From the NCBI GenBank assembly GCA_964479725.1, contig CAYZNF010000004.1:12002-76001 (forward strand): a stretch of 64,000 bases of DNA. The letters run 5' to 3'. The notes under the pieces are model-generated. The model was not told where the DNA came from. It saw only the letters and a list, made by a program, of their open reading frames with translations, and searched no databases. Positions 1-7,352 of the stretch are shown one piece after another; positions within the stretch are counted from its first letter, which is position 1; every line of letters begins with the position of its first letter. The stretch comes from an uncultured Candidatus Saccharibacteria bacterium (GTDB lineage: Bacteria > Patescibacteriota > Minisyncoccia > Minisyncoccales > UBA10102). The position numbers and the translations under genes are program-made.

Positions 1-1
1 T

Positions 2-1627
2 CTTATTTTAGCCTTTATTGGCTTAGCAACAATTTTAAGATTGCAAGAATATGCCAATAAAAAGCTCATAGTCAACCTCGTTGTTATTATCCTTTTAATG
101 AATTTCAGCAATGTCCTTGTCGGGTTAGTGGTAGATTTTTCTAATATTATTACCCACTACTTCTTTTCGGCCATCGGAAATTTTGGCGCAGGAAATTTCA
201 ACCAAGTTTTTAGCATTGGAAGCGACTACTTAAGCACTATCGGGTCAAGCGATGAATTGAGCTTGTTGGAAGTTTTTGCTCAAGGAGTTTCGTATGGCTT
301 AGTATCTGCCGTATTCTTCTTGGTATCCGCTCTAGTGTTTTGGGTAGTATTTCTTGTACTACTTCTTCGTATTATTGTTTTATGGCTTCTTGTCATCCTT
401 GCCCCCTTTGCTTTCGCGGCATATATTCTCCCCGGCACAAAGAAGTACTGGAGCCAATGGTGGCAAACTCTTATCCAATGGTCTATTGTCGGCATTCCTA
501 TCGGATTTTTTATGTATATTGCCGGACAAGTAATGGATCTTAAAACTACAGAATTGTTTCCTTCTTCACCCAATATAGGAGGCGAAATTGGGAATATGTC
601 CCAACTATTTACAGCTCTTCTGGCTCCTGCTACGGGCATCTTTCTGCTTATGATAGGTGTGGGAATAAGTATGGCATTTGCCCCGTCAGGAAGCCAAAAA
701 CTAATTGCCTGGGGAAAAGATACGGGCAGAAAAGCCGCGGCCAGAGCGGGCCGACCCCTTGGCGACACAGCAAGAACATGGGCGGCATCACGTCCCGGAT
801 TTAAAAAATTCGCAGAAAAACTCGAGCAAACATCTTCCAGAGACGCCAAAGGAATCGGGAAGTTTGGCATTCGCCCCATTGCTCCTCTTGCAAGATGGGC
901 AGGCAGACAACTGGGTTCTGAAAACCAAGCTACACTAAAGGGGCAAGTCGGCACAGCCGAAACTGCCGCGGCAAAATTGAGCGCAGAAACAGTGGCTTCA
1001 AGATTAAGAGGCAATATATCTGTTCAGGAAAAAATCGGCTACATTAATGCAAAAATTAAAAGCGGAGACATTGACGATCTCATAAAGGCAATGGGTCCTA
1101 ACGGAGAACAAGAGATCCAAAAAATTTATTCGAAAGCAAAGCAAATTGGACAACATAAAGATATCGAGGCAGCTATGCCTCACGCTATCACCCCTACGGA
1201 ATTGCAAGACGCTGCCGTAGCAACAGAAAAAGAAAGACTCATGACGGCAAATCCAGCATGGCCCGAACAACAAGCTGCTACTCAAGCAAGAAATACGGTT
1301 GGCCCCACACATATAATGCAAGAACGCACTAAACGACTAGCGAGCATGAAACCCGATAAAATCAGACAAATGTCAGAAAGCGCATTAAATCATCCGGACA
1401 CTCTCAATGCCATACTGCGAGGATGGGATGGCGGCCAAGTTTCAGCTCTTTATGTCCAACACGGATTTAAAGCTGTTAAGGCTTTGGAGGATAGACTAAG
1501 GGCCTTAACGCCCGCAGGGCAAACGCCGTTAGCTTGGCTCGAAGACCCCAACGGAGGAAATAATGCTAAGCTAGGATATTATTTGGGCAATACAGCTGGC
1601 CGCAGATTGGGTTTCACCATACAGTAA
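2..1627 (+). CDS. Polytopic membrane protein, VirB6/TrbL-like candidate of the T4SS-like cluster (5' end runs off the window)
   Basis: The frame is open from base 2, with no stop upstream of the TTG at 41. The N-terminal ~230 aa are consecutive hydrophobic helices (e.g. LVSAVFFLVSALVFWVVFLVLLLRIIVLWLLVILAPFAFAAYIL), followed by a ~300-aa soluble tail. Neighbours are PrgI-like, VirB4-like and pilin-like genes. Confidence 0.45.
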   Translation, partial: LILAFIGLATILRLQEYANKKLIVNLVVIILLMNFSNVLVGLVVDFSNIITHYFFSAIGNFGAGNFNQVFSIGSDYLSTIGSSDELSLLEVFAQGVSYGLVSAVFFLVSALVFWVVFLVLLLRIIVLWLLVILAPFAFAAYILPGTKKYWSQWWQTLIQWSIVGIPIGFFMYIAGQVMDLKTTELFPSSPNIGGEIGNMSQLFTALLAPATGIFLLMIGVGISMAFAPSGSQKLIAWGKDTGRKAAARAGRPLGDTARTWAASRPGFKKFAEKLEQTSSRDAKGIGKFGIRPIAPLARWAGRQLGSENQATLKGQVGTAETAAAKLSAETVASRLRGNISVQEKIGYINAKIKSGDIDDLIKAMGPNGEQEIQKIYSKAKQIGQHKDIEAAMPHAITPTELQDAAVATEKERLMTANPAWPEQQAATQARNTVGPTHIMQERTKRLASMKPDKIRQMSESALNHPDTLNAILRGWDGGQVSALYVQHGFKAVKALEDRLRALTPAGQTPLAWLEDPNGGNNAKLGYYLGNTAGRRLGFTIQ

Positions 1628-1638
1628 GGTGCAATATG

Positions 1639-1667
1639 AAAGGCGAAGACATGGTGTCTTCGCCTTT
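1639..1667. terminator. Bidirectional hairpin between convergent genes
   Basis: aaaggcgaagaca-tgg-tgtcttcgccttt gives a perfect 13-bp stem with a 3-nt loop. The A-run and T-run are built into the stem ends. It sits between the stop at 1627 (+) and the stop at 1672 (-). Confidence 0.6.
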
Positions 1668-1671
1668 GTGT

Positions 1672-1902
1672 TCAACCTCGAAGAGCTTTCGATCTTGTGG
1701 CTTTGGCGCGCTCCTCGTCGCGCTGTTTTGCCATTGCCATCGCCTCCTTTTCGATTTCTCGACGATGGCGGCCCTCCGTTCCCCCTCGCAACGCATCTAG
1801 GAGACGGGCGAAGGGGTTTTTGCGGATAGGGGGTTTCTGTATTTTCCCACCCCCTCCCGTCGTGGGATACCGACTCCACTTGCTGTTATTGCTATTGGCC
1901 AT
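1672..1902 (-). CDS. Hypothetical small basic protein (76 aa), second gene of the high-GC SPFH cassette
   Basis: The ATG lies 10 nt after the SPFH stop and is preceded by gaggga (tgagggatcaATG). The protein is MANSNNSKWSRYPTTGGGGKIQKPP...EERAKATRSKALRG and ends just before the 1639-1667 hairpin. I recognise no family. Confidence 0.35.
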   Translation of the reverse strand: MANSNNSKWSRYPTTGGGGKIQKPPIRKNPFARLLDALRGGTEGRHRREIEKEAMAMAKQRDEERAKATRSKALRG

Positions 1903-1909
1903 TGATCCC

Positions 1910-2914
1910 TCACTTCTTCCACAGCGCAACGAGCCTGGTAAACACGTCCTCCATGCCCCCGCCGCCGCTCGTTGATATGGCGGTGTAGGCTCCCTTATCA
2001 AGGGCTCTCTCAAGCTTGAGCAACTCCAGAGCTGCCGCCACGACCTGCGCCTTAAGCTCTGGATTTCCGGCTATTCTCTGCTGCATCTCCTGCTCAGTCA
2101 AACCCTCCGCCCGCCCCATTATCCGTACCGCCATGCCTATCGTTCTCTCGAGCACAGCGTCGGTCTCAGCGACGGCCTGGCTTCGCGACTCCCTTGCCTC
2201 CTGGAATCTCTTTGATGTCTGGAAATCCTGGATAGTCACTCCCTTCAATCTGATTCCTACTTCTGACAGCTTCTTGTCAAGCTCGTCTAGTCGATCGTCT
2301 GGAATACCGTCGGGACCCTTGCGAGCAACGTTGTAGCCTCCTCGCACCCTAAGCGCAATGTTGATAGATGCAAGGGAGCTTAGATAGCTTCGCAGCGCAT
2401 TGCCCACAAGATCCTTTACCAGAGCCCTCCAATCATCATGACCGTAGATAACGCGGTAAGCTCCTGGCAAGAATTTCCCGTCGCCGGCATCGTAGGAAGT
2501 GTCTGGATTCATCACCTCGACTTGCGCTGCGGCTCCAATTACCGTAGCGGCGGCATCGTCAAAGTCAATTGAGTTGGGATGCTTATCGTCGTCTAGAAGC
2601 GGGATTGTCTGTTGGCTCACCGGTACCCGAGCCCGCACTTTTTCGACCCCCGGAATAAGCCATGCTTTTCCGGGTCTCAAAATCCTGCTGTACCTCCCGT
2701 ACCATTCAATCACGCCACGTTCATCCTCTGGAACCTGGACGAACCCGGCAAGTTGTTTGGTTTCAAGCAAGAACAAGCCCAGCCCCGACAACCCAGACAC
2801 GCCCCCCAGGAGCAAAGCTCCCCAGCCGAACTGGGCTTTATCCACCATGAAGAGGGTAAGCAAGCCCAGGGCCGCAAGCGCCCCACCGAGGGCAAACAGA
2901 ATTATTTTTGCCAT
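1910..2914 (-). CDS. SPFH/band-7 (prohibitin/HflK-like) membrane-anchored protein
   Basis: It has an N-terminal TM region (IILFALGGALAALGLLTLF...), then VPEDERGVIEWYGRYSRILRPGKAWLIPGVEKV, which is typical of an SPFH domain start, and a coiled-coil C-terminus. GC is 58% in 2041-2140 against a ~44% backbone. Confidence 0.65.
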   Translation of the reverse strand: MAKIILFALGGALAALGLLTLFMVDKAQFGWGALLLGGVSGLSGLGLFLLETKQLAGFVQVPEDERGVIEWYGRYSRILRPGKAWLIPGVEKVRARVPVSQQTIPLLDDDKHPNSIDFDDAAATVIGAAAQVEVMNPDTSYDAGDGKFLPGAYRVIYGHDDWRALVKDLVGNALRSYLSSLASINIALRVRGGYNVARKGPDGIPDDRLDELDKKLSEVGIRLKGVTIQDFQTSKRFQEARESRSQAVAETDAVLERTIGMAVRIMGRAEGLTEQEMQQRIAGNPELKAQVVAAALELLKLERALDKGAYTAISTSGGGGMEDVFTRLVALWKK

Positions 2915-2952
2915 AGCACTTTCTCCCCGTCGTTTGTTGACTATCTATATAT

Positions 2953-2981
2953 AACATAGCAATAAATTACGCTTATGTCAA
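2953..2981 (-). promoter_or_regulatory. Sigma70-type promoter of the SPFH cassette
   Basis: The minus strand reads TTGACA-taagcgtaatttattgc(17)-TATGTT, followed by GGGGAG 8 nt before the ATG at 2914. Confidence 0.5.
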
Positions 2982-3032
2982 ATTTAGACGCGCTTCTTCT
3001 ACTTCACCTAGAAATGTCCTATAATTTACTAT

Positions 3033-3506
3033 ATGGCAAATCAATACACACAAGAGGAATTGTGGAAATTATACAAAACTTTGCCCGAGCAATTGCAAGA
3101 AGCAATATTTTCAGAAGAAACCGCAAATCATATTGGTAGCGCTTGTACCAAAAACCAGGTACCAGGCAACCTTGTTCCACGAGTTGCCGCTCAAGTAGGG
3201 GATGTTTTACTGGGCTTGGTGCGCCCTGAAGATTTTCAAAAAAACCTCGAAAAAGAAATTGGCTTGAAAAAAGCGGCAACGCAAGGGATTACCCAAGAGC
3301 TGAACCGATTTATTTTTTATCCGTTAAGATCTACTATTGATTCACTGCATAAAATAGGAAACGCGGAAAATTCTGCCATAAAGGAACAGCCCATCAAAGT
3401 TACCTCAACTTCCGACGCCAATATCAACACGGAACAATCCCAGGAAACCATAAAAAAGATCAAGCATTCCGGCCCCGATCCTTATCGAGAGCCTACTGAA
3501 GAATAA
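3033..3506 (+). CDS. Hypothetical protein (157 aa)
   Basis: Clean ORF MANQYTQEELWKLYKTLPEQLQEAIFSEETANHI... in tight spacing with the downstream T4SS-like genes. TATAAT at 3020-3025 ends only 7 nt before the ATG. Confidence 0.55.
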   Translation: MANQYTQEELWKLYKTLPEQLQEAIFSEETANHIGSACTKNQVPGNLVPRVAAQVGDVLLGLVRPEDFQKNLEKEIGLKKAATQGITQELNRFIFYPLRSTIDSLHKIGNAENSAIKEQPIKVTSTSDANINTEQSQETIKKIKHSGPDPYREPTEE

Positions 3507-3512
3507 TACACA

Positions 3513-3938
3513 ATGCGATTTCAAGTTCCCCAATTCATTGATAGGGAAGCAAGAATCATCGGCCCCCTTACATTCAAGCAATTCGGCTTTATCGGGGGTT
3601 CTGGAGCTTTTGCGTTTGTCTTATATTTCCTCATCCCGTTCCGCCCCCTTTTCCTCGTGCTTGCCCTTATCCTAATTTCCTTTGGACTAAGTCTCGCTTT
3701 TGTACGGGTAAACGGCCGATCTTTTCCTGAATACGTCCTCAACATGCTCCGCTTTAGCACGGGAACCAAAATATACGTGTGGAAAAAAGAAGACGCAAAA
3801 TATTCGGCCGAAGCAAAACAACAGCCAGGCTCCGCAACCACGGAAACATCCGAAACCCTTTCTGCCGTTACCCTTACCAGCAAAAGCAAAATACGGAATT
3901 TGTCCAGTCAAGTAGAAACCCAAAATCCAAACGCGTAA
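3513..3938 (+). CDS. PrgI/VirB3-like small membrane protein
   Basis: MRFQVPQFIDREARIIGPLTFKQFGFIGGSGAFAFVLYFLIPFRPLFLVLALILISFGL matches the PrgI-family pattern as I recall it (VPqFid-e-kiiGpLT-kQf followed by two TM helices). It sits 3 nt upstream of the VirB4 N-terminal ORF. Confidence 0.6.
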   Translation: MRFQVPQFIDREARIIGPLTFKQFGFIGGSGAFAFVLYFLIPFRPLFLVLALILISFGLSLAFVRVNGRSFPEYVLNMLRFSTGTKIYVWKKEDAKYSAEAKQQPGSATTETSETLSAVTLTSKSKIRNLSSQVETQNPNA

Positions 3939-3941
3939 ACA

Positions 3942-4589
3942 ATGGCCGAAACCCCAACCCAACAATTTTTGCCGGTAAGCGAAATAAAACAGGGCGTGCT
4001 AATACTTCGAGATCGGGGGATCCGAGGAGTTTTGATGGTTTCTTCCCAAAACTTTGCTCTAAAATCGCAAGAAGAACAGGACGCCACAATTTACCAATTC
4101 CAAAACTTCTTGAATTCCTTGGATTTTCCCCTCCAAATTACCATGCAATCCCGACGCCTCAACATTACCGGATATTTAGACTACATTAAAAACCTCGAGG
4201 CACAGCAAACAAGCACTCTCCTGCAAAAACAAACCGAGGATTACCGAAAATTCATCAGCCAGCTTATCAGTTCGGGGTCTATTTTGGCAAAAAGCTTTTT
4301 TGTAGTAGTGCCGTTTAGCGGTTTGGAGGTTATTTCCACCGGATCAAAGCAAAGCCTGCTAAAGCGCGGAACACAGGGTTTAGGAAAAATTTCAGATGAG
4401 CAGTTTGAAAGAATGCGATCCCAACTTTGGCAAAGGATGGAGTATGTTGCCCTGGGTTTGAGAAGGGCAGGACTGCATGCCGTACCACTAAACACGGAGG
4501 AGTTAATAGAACTGCTTTGGAGCTGGCATCATCCCCAGGAAGCAGAGGTGGGATATTTCCCATCCATTCCGCCAGAACTTATTACATGA
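3942..4589 (+). CDS. VirB4-like T4SS ATPase, N-terminal segment (215 aa) of a split gene
   Basis: FLPVSEIKQGVLILRDRGIRGVLMVSSQNFALKSQEEQDATIYQFQNFLNSLDFPLQITMQSRRLNI is the characteristic N-domain of Gram-positive/CPR-type VirB4 proteins of ~800 aa. The stop TGA (4587-4589) lies inside the left inverted repeat. Confidence 0.7.
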   Translation: MAETPTQQFLPVSEIKQGVLILRDRGIRGVLMVSSQNFALKSQEEQDATIYQFQNFLNSLDFPLQITMQSRRLNITGYLDYIKNLEAQQTSTLLQKQTEDYRKFISQLISSGSILAKSFFVVVPFSGLEVISTGSKQSLLKRGTQGLGKISDEQFERMRSQLWQRMEYVALGLRRAGLHAVPLNTEELIELLWSWHHPQEAEVGYFPSIPPELIT

Positions 4590-4624
4590 TTCGAATCTAC
4601 GAATGTATTCGAATGCTACGAATA
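4585..4624. repeat. Left inverted repeat of the cassette
   Basis: catgattcgaatctacgaatgtattcgaatgctacgaata. Internally it is two ~18-nt direct subrepeats (attcgaat-c-tacgaat gt attcgaat-gc-tacgaat). Confidence 0.8.
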
Positions 4625-4638
4625 GACAATGCAAAAAC

Positions 4639-5025
4639 ATGAAAGAAACGGTGCTTTATCCAGAATTGTCCTACGCCTTGACCGGAATTTTATTCTTAAC
4701 ACATAACGAACTCGGAAAATACTGCAATGAACAGCAATACGGTGATAAAATTGAAAGTGAATTACACAAGGCCAACATAGTGTATGAAAGAGAGAAAATT
4801 CTGCCAATTTCTTTTGAGGGAGAACAAGCGGGACGAAACAAAGTTGATTTCCTTGTAGCCGACAGGATCATCTTGGAACTAAAAGCGAAACGAATCCTTA
4901 CAAGAGAAGATTATTATCAAGTAAAACGCTATTTAGCCGCACTTGATAAACAACTGGGAATACTAGTAAACTTCAGAGCAGAATACATTGTCCCAAAAAG
5001 AATTCTTCACCCGAGTCATATATGA
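4639..5025 (+). CDS. GxxExxY-family protein (PD-(D/E)XK nuclease-fold superfamily), 128 aa
   Basis: MKETVLYPELSYALTGILFLTHNELGKYCNEQQYGDKIESELHKANIVYEREKILPISFEGEQAGRNKVDFLVADRIILELKAKRILTREDYYQVKRYLAALDKQLGILVNF contains the GxxExxY motif (GKYCNEQQY) and the D...ELK core. I use the start at the ATG at 4639 rather than 4603, which lies inside the repeat. Confidence 0.65.
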   Translation: MKETVLYPELSYALTGILFLTHNELGKYCNEQQYGDKIESELHKANIVYEREKILPISFEGEQAGRNKVDFLVADRIILELKAKRILTREDYYQVKRYLAALDKQLGILVNFRAEYIVPKRILHPSHI

Positions 5026-5035
5026 TTATTTCTTT

Positions 5036-5081
5036 TATTTGTAGCATTCGAATTCATTCGTAGATTCGGATTATCCCCATG
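5036..5081. repeat. Right inverted repeat of the cassette, running into the ATG of the VirB4 C-terminal ORF
   Basis: tatttgtagcattcgaattcattcgtagattcggattatccccatg. It is nearly identical to the solo copy at 51432-51482. Confidence 0.8.
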
Positions 5082-6848
5082 AAACTGCCTTTCTTAAAAA
5101 AACAGCAAATCCCCGAACAGATTTTTTCGACAGCCAAAGTTACCGCGAACGACATTATCGCGCCTTCTTCGATTCGGGTAAATCCTGAATACCTTGAAAT
5201 CAGCGGGCGCATTGCAAAATCATTTTTCGTTTTCTCCTACCCAAGATACCTCACCGACGTTTGGCTCGCCCAGGCAATAAACCTCGACGTTCCTCTCGAC
5301 ATATCTTTATTTATCCATCCCATTGACACGGCCATGATAATGCGCCACTTAAGAAAACGCATTACCGAGGTCCAGGCGGAAATAATGGAAAGGGAAGACA
5401 AGGGACTAATCCGCGATCCCCAGCTTGAAATTGCCTTCCAGGACTTGGAGAGTTTGCGAGATCGCCTGCAAACAGCCCAGGAAAGAATGTTTAAGCTTGG
5501 AATTTACATCACCGCTTATGGCGAAACGCACGATCAGCTTCGCGAAATCGAAACAAACCTGCGCTCCATATTTGAGTCAAAACTTATTTACATAAAACCT
5601 GCCGTTTATCAGCAAAAAGAAGGTTTCAATTCCTGCCTGCCCTACGGCAAAGATTTGCTCAATGTCCACACCGATCTCAATACCGAACCCTTGTCTTCTG
5701 TTTTCCCGTTTGTGTCGTTTGACTTGAGCTCGAACGAAGGAATTTTGTACGGTATAAACCAGCACAACAACTCACTCATACTTTTTGACCGCTTTTCTTT
5801 GCCGAACGCAAACGAAGTGATCTTTGCCGCTTCTGGCGCTGGAAAAAGCTACTACGCTAAACTGCAAATCATCCGCTCGTTAATGACGGGGGTGGATGTG
5901 ATTGTGCTTGATCCTGAAAACGAATACAAAACTTTAAGCCAGGCGGTAGGAGGAAGCTTTTTTAATATTTCTTTGGGTTCTGAAAACCACATTAACCCGT
6001 TTGACCTGTCCCAGCCGCGCGAAGATGAATCCGCCGCCGATGTGCTTCGCAGCAACGTCATTAACCTGGTAGGGCTTATGCGTATTATGCTCGGCGGGCT
6101 AACCCCCGAAGAAGATGCCATTATGGACAGGGCAATTGCCGAAACATACGCGGCAAAAGACATAACTGCCAACTCTGATCCCGCCGCCTGGCCAGATAAA
6201 ATTCCTTTAATGCAGGATCTTGAAGAGGTTTTGCGCACCATGGATCGCGCAGATTCTTTGGTGGAACGCCTTCAGCGCTTTACAAAGGGAACATACTCTA
6301 ATTTCTTTAACCAGCCCACAAATATTTCGCTCGACAATAACCTACTTGTTTTTGGCATACGGGAAATGGAAGACAGCCTGCGGCCAATGGCAATGTACAC
6401 TATTATGCGATACATTTGGAGCAAGGTGCGCTCGGAACTCAAAAAGAGGGTGCTTGTGCTCGACGAAGCCTGGTGGATAATGCAAACGGAAGACGGAGCT
6501 TCGTTCCTTTTCGGGGTTGCCAAACGAGCGCGAAAATATTGGCTTGGAGTTACCACCATTACCCAGGATGTGGGGGATTTTATGCGCTCTGAATACGGAA
6601 AACCCATTATCACCAACTCCTCCATACAAGTGCTAATGAAACAATCGCCCGCGACGATTGACCTGGTCAAAAAATCCTTCAGTCTTACTGGTATGGAAAA
6701 AAATATGCTTCTGGAAACAAATACCGGCGAAGGAATATTTTTTGCCGGCCAAAAGCATGTGGCAATACGCGTCATCGCCTCGCCCTTAGAGCACAGCATA
6801 GTAACCACCAACCCGGAAGAAATACAAGGACTTAAGGAAGCGTTGTAA
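5079..6848 (+). CDS. VirB4-like T4SS ATPase, C-terminal segment (589 aa) of a split gene
   Basis: IAPSSIRVNPEYLEISGRIAKSFFVFSYPRYL (VirB4 middle-domain signature), Walker A AASGAGKSY and Walker B VLVLDEAW. It is in the same reading frame (coordinate mod 3 = 0) as 3942-4589. Confidence 0.8.
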   Translation: MKLPFLKKQQIPEQIFSTAKVTANDIIAPSSIRVNPEYLEISGRIAKSFFVFSYPRYLTDVWLAQAINLDVPLDISLFIHPIDTAMIMRHLRKRITEVQAEIMEREDKGLIRDPQLEIAFQDLESLRDRLQTAQERMFKLGIYITAYGETHDQLREIETNLRSIFESKLIYIKPAVYQQKEGFNSCLPYGKDLLNVHTDLNTEPLSSVFPFVSFDLSSNEGILYGINQHNNSLILFDRFSLPNANEVIFAASGAGKSYYAKLQIIRSLMTGVDVIVLDPENEYKTLSQAVGGSFFNISLGSENHINPFDLSQPREDESAADVLRSNVINLVGLMRIMLGGLTPEEDAIMDRAIAETYAAKDITANSDPAAWPDKIPLMQDLEEVLRTMDRADSLVERLQRFTKGTYSNFFNQPTNISLDNNLLVFGIREMEDSLRPMAMYTIMRYIWSKVRSELKKRVLVLDEAWWIMQTEDGASFLFGVAKRARKYWLGVTTITQDVGDFMRSEYGKPIITNSSIQVLMKQSPATIDLVKKSFSLTGMEKNMLLETNTGEGIFFAGQKHVAIRVIASPLEHSIVTTNPEEIQGLKEAL

Positions 6849-6852
6849 TGCC

Positions 6853-7338
6853 ATGGCAACAGAAACGGCCAATGCCCCGCCTGAATCCAAAACAAACCCG
6901 GAAACTCCAGGACAAAAAGAAAACCAGCCGCAAGGACAAGCTCAAGAAAATTCCGAAGCAACGGAAAGGGCAAGGGTAAGAATTACAGATCCGGATTTTT
7001 TAATCATGCTCATTATTGCCGGAACCGTCGACTTGATGGACATCTTTTTGGAACCGCTTGCTTTTCTGATTTTCCCTAAAATCCTCGGCCTTATTTTAGA
7101 TACCATCACGATCCCAATTATAAATCTCTGGATTTACTCGAGGACTAATCGCCTGGAACAAGCAAAAGCAAAAATGTCCCGCGGCTCCTCTTCTGACACA
7201 AGAAGAGGATACCAAGGAAAAGTATTAAGAAAGATACTCGGCAAAGCAGGCCTCACTTTTCTTTTAGAAGCCATCCCGATAGTAGGCATTTTCCCTTTTT
7301 TGACCTGCCGCGTGCTTTCGACCCTAAAAGAAAAATGA
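6853..7338 (+). CDS. Hypothetical membrane protein (161 aa) in the T4SS-like cluster
   Basis: It has a Q/E/N-rich N-terminus followed by hydrophobic helices (FLIMLIIAGTVDLMDIFLEPLAFLIFPKILGLILDTITIPIINLWIY; GLTFLLEAIPIVGIFPFLTC). It lies 4 nt after VirB4. Confidence 0.5.
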   Translation: MATETANAPPESKTNPETPGQKENQPQGQAQENSEATERARVRITDPDFLIMLIIAGTVDLMDIFLEPLAFLIFPKILGLILDTITIPIINLWIYSRTNRLEQAKAKMSRGSSSDTRRGYQGKVLRKILGKAGLTFLLEAIPIVGIFPFLTCRVLSTLKEK

Positions 7339-7352
7339 TATAATTTTACAAC

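Larger units (their letters stand above)
4585..5081 (+). mobile_element. Inverted-repeat-bounded cassette carrying a GxxExxY/PD-(D/E)XK-like ORF, inserted in VirB4
   Basis: The left repeat (4585-4624) and right repeat (5036-5081) are reverse complements over a 36-nt core with 3 mismatches. The segment between the last VirB4 sense codon (ends 4586) and the downstream ATG (5079) is 492 nt, which is 164 codons. I recognise no transposase. Confidence 0.6.

Noticed and set aside
280-1014. 244-aa ORF on the - strand (similar antisense ORFs lie at 6272-6973 and 24939-25439)
   Set aside because: Each is antisense to a gene with strong family motifs or TM architecture. They are typical long shadow ORFs.
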